Assembly (NCBI GenBank): GCA_963707985.1
Contig: CAVPRW010000045.1
Span: 286,902-350,901 of the forward strand
DNA length: 64,000 nucleotides
Direction of reading: 5' to 3'
Source of the DNA: an uncultured Nitrospinota bacterium
Lineage (GTDB): Bacteria > Tectomicrobia > Entotheonellia > J063 > CAVPRW01
The first letter of the stretch is position 1, and the number at the start of each line of letters is the position of its first letter. Below are positions 29,432 through 38,571 of the stretch, one piece after another. Under the pieces are notes generated by a model that worked only from the letters and a program-made list of their open reading frames with translations, was not told the DNA's origin and ran no database searches. The position numbers were made by a program, and so were the translations under genes.

Positions 29432-30820
29432 GTGAGCACAATTCTCATCGCCGAGCAAGACCTTTCCCTACGCCAGCCACTGGCCGACCTCTTTCGTCGT
29501 TACGGTCACACTGTGACCGAAGCCGGCAATGGTGTCGATGCCACGCAGCAACTCGAATGCCAGCTTTTCGAGGTTATCCTCACCGACCTCTATCTCCCGG
29601 AGCGCAACGGCATCCAGATTTTACAAGCCGCACACGCGAGCGATCGCTTCACGCCCGTCTTCATGCTCATCGAGCCAGGGGAACTCTCCGCTGCTGTGGA
29701 CGCGTTAAAGCTTGGGGCGCACGATTATCTGGTTAAGCATCACCCAATCGGCCTGGAGGAAGTCCATCTGCGCGTCGAACGGGCGCTCGAATGCCGCCGC
29801 ATGCGGCAGGCGATCACGTATCTGAAACGGGTGCAACCACATCTGCATGATTACGAACGCATTATCAGACAAAGTGCGCACCTGCGACGCCTCGTCAGCC
29901 GCCTGCAGCGAGACATTGAGACCAGCGCGCATGTTTTGATCACAGGGGAGCCTGGAACCTGTAAAGGTGTGCTAGCGGCGGCGATTCACGCCAACAGCCC
30001 ACGCCGTGACCAAACCCTGGTCGCTGTCAACTGTGCAGCACTCACTGAACGGGCACTGGAGAGTGAACTGTTTGGCCATGAGCCCGCCACCTTCCGCAGT
30101 GCTCACACGGGCCGCATCGGTAGCCTTGACCATGCCAACCAGGGAACGCTTTTTCTGCATCAAATTGGCGACGTCAGCCCAAGGATTCAGGTGAAACTCC
30201 TGCGTGTGCTCCAAGACCACACGTTTGAGCGTCTCGGCTCTTCCAGAACCATCACTGTGGACGTACGCATCATTGCGGCCACCAGCAGCAGCCTGCCCGA
30301 AGCCATTCGCGCCAAGCGCTTTAGGGCGGACCTCCACGAGCGGCTTACGGCTGTCGCCGTGGAAATGCCCGCATTGCGGGATTACCCCGAGGACATTCTC
30401 CCCCTTGCAAAAGCCTTTTTGGTCCGATATCGCCGTCTGTTCGAGCGGCGCGTCAAGCGCTTTGACGAGATAGTCGAGAGAGCTCTCCTCGAGTACCACT
30501 GGCCCGGGAATCTACGCGAGTTAGAGAGCACCATTGCACATGGGGTGGCCCAGGAGGAGGATGAGGTGATGCAGCTCAGCAGTCTGAGTCTGGGTGGGCG
30601 ACGCTCCAGTACGGGTGAGTCGGAGGACAGAGTTGTTCGTCTGCCTCCCAACGGTGTCTCCCTCAAAGCTATCGAACGGGAGGCCCTGTTACAAGCCCTG
30701 CAGCGCACCTCTTGGGTGCAAAAAGACGCTGCAGCACATCTGGATATCAGCCCCCGCGTCATGCACTATAAGCTCAAGACCCACGGCATTACCCCGCCCG
30801 GACGATCTCCTCGACGCTAA
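29432..30820 (+). CDS. NtrC-family REC-AAA+-HTH regulator with degenerate ATPase and GAFTGA motifs
   Basis: VNCAAL...LESELFGHE, WPGNLRELE and Fis-type HTH are present. Walker A reads GEPGTCKG, the GAFTGA position reads ATFRSA, Walker B reads LFLHQI. Start uncertain (29363 or GTG 29432). Confidence 0.88.
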   Translation: MSTILIAEQDLSLRQPLADLFRRYGHTVTEAGNGVDATQQLECQLFEVILTDLYLPERNGIQILQAAHASDRFTPVFMLIEPGELSAAVDALKLGAHDYLVKHHPIGLEEVHLRVERALECRRMRQAITYLKRVQPHLHDYERIIRQSAHLRRLVSRLQRDIETSAHVLITGEPGTCKGVLAAAIHANSPRRDQTLVAVNCAALTERALESELFGHEPATFRSAHTGRIGSLDHANQGTLFLHQIGDVSPRIQVKLLRVLQDHTFERLGSSRTITVDVRIIAATSSSLPEAIRAKRFRADLHERLTAVAVEMPALRDYPEDILPLAKAFLVRYRRLFERRVKRFDEIVERALLEYHWPGNLRELESTIAHGVAQEEDEVMQLSSLSLGGRRSSTGESEDRVVRLPPNGVSLKAIEREALLQALQRTSWVQKDAAAHLDISPRVMHYKLKTHGITPPGRSPRR

Positions 30821-30899
30821 GCGTTTCCCTCTCTCGAGACATATCCTAGAGGCGAAGCCCCTGATGCTGGCCCCTCTCCGACGAGCGGAAGGTGTTGTA

Positions 30900-32660
30900 C
30901 TAGCGTGGAATCACTGGTAAAACAATATGCGAAGGCCGCACGGCATCATGGAAAATCGTCTGCGTTGCGGACTGTAGTTCGGCATCAGCGAAGAGAGGAT
31001 GCCCGGTATTCGGATTACGGTCAAAGCGTGGGAAATTGGCGCTAGCTATCTCGATCCGGAGACGATGGCCCGGATGGAACACTATACTTGTCGACCACAG
31101 ATCGATAGTGTACTCGTAGACCCTGCCAGGTGTGATGAGACTCGGATGCGCCCGAGTTTCTCGGTAGCGAGCCCGGATGATGCCATCCGCCACGTTCTGG
31201 ACGTAGCCATCGGGGCGAACATCGACGAGTTTGGCGGTGAAATCCGTATCCGGCGCTGACGACGCGGCATAGAGTTTCACTGTAATCGGGCCGGTGATCT
31301 CCAGGGCCTGCGTCTGTGGTTCGCTAGTATAGCACAACACATCACGACGCTCTTCGACCGGGCGTTGGTCATACACTCCTATTGGGATCACCAACGTATT
31401 GCCCCCACGCGTGGGTACGGGGTTCGCTGGATCATAGACATAGGTGTCTGGAGGTTCCTGCGACGGTCTCTCCATGCTGAGCCGGCCATCGCCATGGAGG
31501 CTCTGCGCCGCTCCCTGACTGTGGAAGTAGTAGGACGTGTATTGCGTACGCGCTAACGGCCACTCTTGCTCTGCACGCCAGAGGTTGTCCCCCATCACGA
31601 AGATGTTGATGGGCGGCTCGTGCATAAGGCCGGTGTCGATGCCTTTGAGCCAATGGTCGAACCAGCGCAGCTCGATCTCATGAATCTGGATGGCAGCGTT
31701 GGGTCCGAAGTCGATGTCGCCTGCCCCGCCGGTTGTGGGAGCCGCGTATGGACGGAGATGGCCCCACGGTCCCATGAGTAACTTCTGCGTTGTAGGCGCT
31801 TCTTGACGGCCCTGGCGTAAGATGCCTGTGTAGTTGCCGAGCGTGCCTTCTTGAAAGATGTCATACCAGGAACCGATGTGATACATCGGCGTGCTGATCT
31901 CGTGATGGTGCCTGTAGAGGTTTAGCGCCTCCCAATAGTGCCCTGCATCGGGATGGTTGAGATAATCGGCGAAGTAGGGAGCGGTTTCTTTCAACCAATC
32001 CGCCCAGTCTTTGATCGGGAGATGCTCGAACCATTCGTCTGTGAGCGGTTGTGCGAAGTTGATCTCTGGCAGGACAAACTGCTCAAGCATGTTCAGATAG
32101 CCTTGCCCGAGCCCTTGGCGCTCGGCGGTATTCCGGGCCATGAAGATGGCATATCCTACCTGCCAGCCGAACTCGAAAGCGCCGCCGGTGTGGTACACCC
32201 AGGAGGCGTGGAAATCGGCCGAGGCCGAGATCGGCACTTGACATACCAGATGCGGCGGGCGAGTGTGTGGCAGGAGATATTGGGTGGCCCCATGATATGA
32301 TTGGCCTGCGGTGCCGACCATAGCGTTGGAGCAGGGGAGTGTCGCGGCCCACTCCACGGTGTCATAACCGTCCGCGGCCTCATGAATGAGAGGATAATAT
32401 TCTCCCTCCGAGGTGTAGCGACCGCGCGTATCCTGGACGACGACCACGTAACCCCGAGGCACAAAGTAATTGACGTAATTGAGGGGTGTCGCCGCGGTTT
32501 TGTCATACGGCACCCGCATGAGGATGATCGGGAATAGGCCGGGAGCATCAGGGCGGTGCACGTCAGCGTAGAGCGTGACCCCACTCCGCATTCGCGCCGG
32601 GAGATTCGGTTCGACCACAATGCCATACTGCGGTTGGCTCACGGATGGATATTCGGACAT
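30900..32660 (-). CDS. CocE/NonD family serine hydrolase
   Basis: QDTRGRYTSEG, GQSYHG nucleophile elbow, GSWYD, GPWGH, NFPRFDRNPNTG. Confidence 0.92.
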   Translation of the reverse strand: MSEYPSVSQPQYGIVVEPNLPARMRSGVTLYADVHRPDAPGLFPIILMRVPYDKTAATPLNYVNYFVPRGYVVVVQDTRGRYTSEGEYYPLIHEAADGYDTVEWAATLPCSNAMVGTAGQSYHGATQYLLPHTRPPHLVCQVPISASADFHASWVYHTGGAFEFGWQVGYAIFMARNTAERQGLGQGYLNMLEQFVLPEINFAQPLTDEWFEHLPIKDWADWLKETAPYFADYLNHPDAGHYWEALNLYRHHHEISTPMYHIGSWYDIFQEGTLGNYTGILRQGRQEAPTTQKLLMGPWGHLRPYAAPTTGGAGDIDFGPNAAIQIHEIELRWFDHWLKGIDTGLMHEPPINIFVMGDNLWRAEQEWPLARTQYTSYYFHSQGAAQSLHGDGRLSMERPSQEPPDTYVYDPANPVPTRGGNTLVIPIGVYDQRPVEERRDVLCYTSEPQTQALEITGPITVKLYAASSAPDTDFTAKLVDVRPDGYVQNVADGIIRARYRETRAHPSLITPGRVYEYTIDLWSTSIVFHPGHRLRIEIASANFPRFDRNPNTGHPLFADAELQSATQTIFHDAVRPSHIVLPVIPR

Positions 32661-32736
32661 TGCCACAACTCTCCAAGAAAAGCGCTGTAAGTTGAGGGCT
32701 GAGTCCTGTGCCTTCCGTTCTCAGCCCCCAGCACTG

Positions 32737-33186
32737 ATGATTCAGTCAGGCCTCCTTGCGATTTTTCACCCTATCACATCCGTTATACAGACTCCACTGT
32801 CTCAGCCCGGTGGCAATTGTCACGAGATTGCCCTGGGTTACCATGAGGCCTGAATCGGGGAGGATTTTACCGGTGCTTGGGAGAGCATCCCGGCGCCGGA
32901 CCTGCTCATTGCTCGTATCGTACGCATATTCAGCAGATGCGGTTGGGAACGGGCGTGGTCTTGTTGCAATTTCATCATCCCGTGCTCGTCGCCAATCGTC
33001 TGGCCTACCTCGACCATCTGACCAAAGGTCGTCTCTACTTCGGCGTCGGGTCTGGGGGACTACCCACCGACGCGACGCTGTTTGGGAGCCCGATCGATGG
33101 TCGAGCCCGCCCGATGACACGAGAATCGGTAGAGATCATCCTCAAAGTGTGGACCGCAGAGCCTCCATTGCGGGCTAGTGGGAGAC
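32737..33186 (+). pseudogene. LLM-class flavin-dependent monooxygenase remnant
   Basis: ALGYHEA*IGEDFTGAWESIPAPDLLIA with TGA 32851-32853 at a Trp position, frameshift to RLGTGVVLLQFHHPVLVANRLAYLDHLTKGRLYFGVGSGGLPTD, then truncated. Confidence 0.75.
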
Positions 33187-34310
33187 CTAGAGCTCAAAAG
33201 TCCGCTGGATTTGCCAGCGTTCGTCGTCGATCCAATAGCGCATTCGATCCGGGTATACTGGCGCCAGAAATCCCGACAGGCCATGGGCCATGGGGTGTTC
33301 CTCCAACATGTCCTCATCTGTGTCCTGGCGTTTGGCCGGCAAGTGCAGTAGGTCCCCGCTATACTGAATGTCCACTCGAAAGCTCACCTCGTCGAAACTA
33401 ATGCGAGCGGTTATGGGTCCTTCCGCCAAATGCCCCTCCTCGATAAGCCGTAGAATACGCTCCGCCGTCGCGGAGTCCTCCTCAAGGACCTCGGTAGCCA
33501 CCCCCCAGGTCTTCCCCTCTTGGCGCACCAAGCTCTCAAAATGGGCGAGGCTGTCCTGGTTCGGTTTCGATGGTGGTGGTCGACGTCTTGCGGATGCCAA
33601 AGCGGCATAACAGGTTGAGTGACACTGCTGAGATGGTGGCAATGCTCAACATGAAGTTGGTAACGACCTGCAGCGGATGCGGTAACGTCTGATCGAAGGT
33701 GGGGAAGGTCTCGTGGCTGAGGCCGAGGAGGAGTGCAATCCCGACCACCATGGTTTTCCGAATATCCAAGGGCCCGGCAGCGACGATCTGATGGATCGTC
33801 TGTCCGGGCGTTTTCAGATGGCATCGTTGATGCGTTGACAGGTAGTGATGACTCCGACGGTGCGCAGTCCAGCCGCTAACGAGGCGATTAGGAAAGGTAC
33901 CGCCATAGTGGGAAACGTTGCCCGCAGGTAAGGCAGGAGGCGGGAGAGTACGATCTCGCACAGGCCAGCGAACAGTGTCATACCGAAGACCAGCGGTCAT
34001 CCCCCTGCGGTCAGTGCGGTCAAGGAAGGATATAGCTATACCGCGGAGATTACCGACGGGGCGAGATAGCCTAAGCCCACGGGACCCTTCCAGAGGGCCT
34101 GTAGGACCGCCGAAACGGCCAGTGCCAGCATCCCCAGGCTGACGGCACTCTGAGCCACCGCCGCTGGTGCCCCAGCGGCGCGCACGACAATCGCCACCAT
34201 GACAAGGTACATCGCGACGACCAACGTCTGCTGGAGCCCCAGTAACACCAGCTTCGCGGGTGGCGGCACACGTCCTCGGCGGCATAGGTGAGAGAATCAG
34301 GGCGGGGCAT
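33187..34310 (-). pseudogene. Xanthine/uracil (NCS2) permease pseudogene with soluble C-terminal extension
   Basis: LTYAAEDV/PPPAKLVLLGLQQ...LQALWKGPVGLGYL. Stops at 34036-34038, 33997-33999 and 33814-33816, several frameshifts and internal deletions. Confidence 0.75.
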
Positions 34311-34842
34311 GCTGGGCGACCTCACGAATGGGTAAACTGAGACGTCACCAACACGAGACGTGCAGCCGAAGACCGCAAAAGCCTCGCTGTAGCATATCCG
34401 GTGCCCGGAAAAGACCCAGTCATGATGCGTGTCTTTTGGCTCATGGGCTCACCCGCTCTGACTTGGACCCGAAAATTACGCGGGGAAACGCCGCGTCTCT
34501 GCTGCCATCGCGTCCTCCCTACGAGCTTCTGGCAAGGCAGGTTGTGAAGCGACGATTACATCGCTGTAGCCCGTGAGAAGAGGACTATCCGACCTATGAT
34601 AAGGGTCGGGGGACGATCACGAGCGGCGCTCGCATAGTCCGCCACAAACGTCAGCCCTTGACGGAGTGCATATAGCGCGGCGGGAAACTGGATGATACTC
34701 ACCGTAAAGCTCCCCGGTCCCCAGCGTGCTCATCGTTTCGGACACGCCCCTGGCATGGTGCGACACGTCTATGCTGCCGGGCTCCGGCCTGATATTATGC
34801 GCACACGGTGTGCCACTCCGGTCACGATATGCGCCGCATTGT

Positions 34843-35148
34843 TCAGTCGACAACGTCCAGAAAGGACGTAAAATTGGTCACGGTGAGCGTCGATAAGACC
34901 AAGGCCGTTGGCCGTGTGATCCGCAAGCGTTGTGCACGCTAGCGCAAAGCTTTTGCCGCTAGGGCAAGGACGCGGAGCCCGGAACTACTGATATACGGTA
35001 TCGCGGAGCAATCCAATTCCACGGGCGTGACATGCAAGTCGATCGTCCCCAACAGGCGGTGCTGAAACTCCTCCGCCACCGTACTGTCAACCCGACCAAC
35101 GGGTTTCACAATGACACGGTCTTCTTGTACCTGCACGTCGATTTCCAT
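34843..35148 (-). pseudogene. STAS-domain anti-sigma factor antagonist interrupted by an in-frame TAG
   Basis: RBS GGAGGAGG. GRVDS...DCSAIPYISSSGLRVL...AKALR*RAQRLRITRPTALVLSTLTVTNFTSFLDVVD. TAG at 34939-34941, natural stop at 34843. Confidence 0.75.
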
Positions 35149-35379
35149 AGACCTCCTCCCCTGAGAGACATGTTCACCTGTGGGCGCCATCCGGCATCGG
35201 TCCTCGCATGTGCCTCCGTTATACCGAGTGTCCGGCGGTCGACCCTATGTGAATACCCTCACACAGCCCAGAGCCCCTCCAGGCACATGTGGAAGGGGAG
35301 CCATACACAGTATCGGGGTGAGACGATGGTCGCTGCGAATGTGTCCGTAGTGCCCCCGGCGGTGTATTCTTGATGGTAG

Positions 35380-36792
35380 TGGCACCACACGGGGCCTGGT
35401 GTAACCAGCGGGCTTCAGTCCACGGGAACGACAACACCCTACAGGCAGGTAAGAAGTGGTACGTCCGATAGCCTGTCGGCCACGACCGGCTTCGCTGATT
35501 ACGTGTTCTACACTGCTTATAACCAGAACATTTTCTACTACCCAGTGATTGGGCATACGGTCTGTCCGTCAAGACAGACCAATTGTCCGGACAGCGCCAG
35601 GCAGCCGTTGTACGTCCAGTTCTCGGTGCCTGATACGCGGACTCAGGTGGACATCGACGCCACCACCCAGCCGTGGTATCAGCCGGTCCATGAGCCCGGC
35701 AATGTGTTTTCTTACCCCTGGGATGAGACGCAGCTGCAACTCGCCCTCCCCAGCACCTGGGTCCCCCTCACCCCGACCGGAGAAGCGGCTTCCTGGCGCG
35801 GTACGGATACCTCGACCAGTGCCTACGAAACCAAGTGGACGGCGAACTCAGGCTCGACTCAGACCAGCGGTTCGGTCAATGCACAATCGTTTAGCTTGTC
35901 CATTTGCACGTCCGGCAGTATCGGGGTCTCAGGGCTTGGTACAAACTTCAGCAACACCTATGACCTGAACCAGAGCTTCTCCGTCAGCAGCCTGAATGTC
36001 AGCACACAGACGCAGGAGGCCTCGGAGGGAATCAAAGTCAATAAGCCGGAGTTCAGTGACGATGTGGCTATGACCTACCTCTATTCCTTTGCGGGGTATC
36101 TGTTTGGCCTCAAAAGCCCTGTAGAGTCACTTCAAGCCATCGAGCTGCAAGATTCGTCAAATCAGCCGATCGCTATCCCATCCACCGGGCCCATGCTCGT
36201 CGGGTTTTTGGCGGATCCGTTTCAAACGAGCACCGGTGTGTGGTGGCAGCAAGCCTACCCCCTGCCGGACGTGGGCTTGAATCACCCCAGCCGCTGGGAT
36301 TGGGCCAAGACGACGCAAACGGCCACGTTTAATTGTGCGGATGGGACGAGCAGCCAGAGTTGTACGACGGCGACGTCCAACGACCCGATCCTGGTCGATT
36401 TCTATCGCATGAAGGGATTGTTCATCACGCCGGCGGATGCCAATGGGAATGTGCTAAGCCGCAGTGTCGCCACTGCCGGTGATCAGCTCACGCTCACGAC
36501 TCGGGTGTACAACTATAGCCTGGTGGATACGCATGATCCGAATCTCAGCCACCCAACCGCATCGATCCAGGTTCGGTTCTATGGGCAGCCAGTTGACGCC
36601 GGGCGGTTGCAGGGCCAAGCCTTCCTGATCGGACAGACCGAAATCGGCTTCATGACCGGGTTCAAGTCCGTCAACACGGGGACAGGTGGCACGAACTGGA
36701 CCGTCGCCAGTGTTCCCTTTGACACCGGCGGTACCCACTGTGGTGGCCAGTCGTGCGCCGGCCAGTCCAAGGTGATCCCCCGCTGCGTCTAG
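35380..36792 (+). pseudogene. Internal fragment of a large Ser/Thr-rich secreted protein
   Basis: Long open frame with no signal peptide or convincing start, beginning after a stop at 35377-35379 and ending abruptly. Composition is typical of extracellular beta-rich proteins. Family not established. Confidence 0.5.
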
Positions 36793-36890
36793 ACGATTGA
36801 TGATGCCAAGCTTGCGGCGTTTTCCCCGGTCAGCTCAGGTGGCAGGAGCGCTGACCGGGGAGGCGCAGCATGAGGCTGGTACCGGCAAAA

Positions 36891-37034
36891 GACGCCGCCT
36901 ACCGGGGCTATTGGATGCTGCACTGCCATATTCTGTACCATGAGGCCGTCGACATGATGAGCGTATTGAAATACCAGGATTTCGAGGATGCCAGCTACAA
37001 TCCCCTGGCCTCGAGGGCCGAACATGCCGGCTGA
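36891..37034 (+). pseudogene. C-terminal remnant of a multicopper oxidase
   Basis: Manual translation [28 protein letters not shown]...* contains the HCHxxxHxxxxM copper-binding signature. No upstream part is present. Confidence 0.7.
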
Positions 37035-37368
37035 TGCTTTGCACAGGGGAAGGGACCTCACACAGGTTTGTTGCCTGCCCGCCGTGGTGCCGACGCAGGG
37101 TTGCCTGGGGCAATTTCCTGTTCCACTCCTCAGTGTCCCTGATATACTTATGACACTTTTCCCGCAGCAGAGCTCTCCTGTTATAGAGGCAGGGAATTAT
37201 GATGGTGTTGGAGTACGGGCTTATCTATCACCTGAAACTTTGGTCCTTCAAGTGTTGTGGGGAAACCGCTCAACCGTACTATATCTCACAGGACCGAAAC
37301 ACGCGGACGGTTTCGAGCCTGCCCCGCGCCTAGGAGTGTATAGGAGCTACAAGCACAATGGAGAGGGT

Positions 37369-38424
37369 ATGAATCAGCCACGCATCGATCCCCCTCATAC
37401 TGATGAGAGCGTCGTGATGTCTTTGATCGCTGGCCTTCCGAAAGTTGAATTACATATGCACATCGAGGGCTCGCTTGAGCCTGAGCTGATGTTTACCATC
37501 GCTGAGCGGAATGGTGTTGCACTTAAGTATGACAGCGTCGATGCTGTACGCGAAGCGTACCACTTCGCCAATCTCCAATCATTTCTGGATATCTACTATG
37601 AGGCGTGCAGCGTCTTGCTCTCTGAGCAGGATTTTTACGAGTTGACGATGGCCTATCTACAACGGGCCCATGCCCAACACGTCCTGCACACGGAAATCTT
37701 CTTCGACCCACAAAGCCATACCCAACGTGGCGTCACCTTTACGACGGTGATTTCCGGCATCCGACGGGCCTTGCTCGATGGCGAGCGGGTATTCGGGATC
37801 ACGTCCGGCCTGATCATGTGCTTTTTGAGACATCTGCCTGCAGAGTCGGCCTTCGACATCCTGGAGCAGGCCCTGCCCTATGGGGAACACATCCTCGCCG
37901 TGGGGCTCGACTCGTACGAGGTTGGTCATCCACCAGCGCAATTCGTCAACGTCTTTGAGCGGGCACGCCAGCATGGCTTCTTAACCGTCGCCCATGCGGG
38001 AGAGGAGGGACCAGCAGACTACATCTGGCAGGCGCTGCGTCTGCTGCATGTCTCACGTATCGACCATGGCGTCCGTTGTATGGACGATGAGGTCTTAGTC
38101 GGCGAGTTAGTCAAAAGGCAGGTGCCGCTAACCGTCTGCCCGCTCTCCAACGTCAGGCTCGGGGTGTTTGCACGACTGGAGGAGCATAATCTCAGGCAAA
38201 TGCTGCACAGAGGGCTCTGTGTGACGGTGAACTCTGATGACCCGGCGTATTTCGGGGGGTATATTACGGAGAATTTTGTCGCGGCCCAGCAAGCATTGCA
38301 TCTGAGGGCGAGCGAGATCTATCGGTTGGCCAATAATGCCATTCAAGCCGCGTTTCTGCCCGACGCTGAGAAACAGAGATTGTTGGACCAAGCCGCCGCC
38401 GTCTATCACCAGCACAGCGCCTGA
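37369..38424 (+). CDS. add: Adenosine/adenine deaminase (probably adenine-specific subgroup)
   Basis: [51 protein letters not shown] 37369 (RBS GGAGAGGG) or 37417. Confidence 0.9.
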   Translation: MNQPRIDPPHTDESVVMSLIAGLPKVELHMHIEGSLEPELMFTIAERNGVALKYDSVDAVREAYHFANLQSFLDIYYEACSVLLSEQDFYELTMAYLQRAHAQHVLHTEIFFDPQSHTQRGVTFTTVISGIRRALLDGERVFGITSGLIMCFLRHLPAESAFDILEQALPYGEHILAVGLDSYEVGHPPAQFVNVFERARQHGFLTVAHAGEEGPADYIWQALRLLHVSRIDHGVRCMDDEVLVGELVKRQVPLTVCPLSNVRLGVFARLEEHNLRQMLHRGLCVTVNSDDPAYFGGYITENFVAAQQALHLRASEIYRLANNAIQAAFLPDAEKQRLLDQAAAVYHQHSA

Positions 38425-38485
38425 ACGACCTCTGGATGAGCCCAGCCGATCGGAGGGTGGCCGAACGGATACGTCAGTGGTCGCG

Positions 38486-38514
38486 TTGACACTCCTCCAC
38501 TTCTTCGCTATCAT
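38486..38514 (+). promoter_or_regulatory. Sigma-70-type promoter for the hydantoinase operon
   Basis: TTGACA-17 nt-TATCAT, 57 nt upstream of the ATG. Confidence 0.7.
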
Positions 38515-38571
38515 CCGATCCAGCTTTCACCCGTTCACACGCCATCATAGCCGAAGCATGAGGGTGGTCTT

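Noticed and set aside
32851..32853. In-frame TGA in the LLM remnant as selenocysteine
   Set aside because: It falls at a Trp position (EAWIGE), and the gene also has a frameshift and truncation.
36988..37368. 127-residue N-terminal extension of the deaminase ORF
   Set aside because: No recognisable domain, it overlaps the oxidase remnant, and a good RBS precedes ATG 37369.
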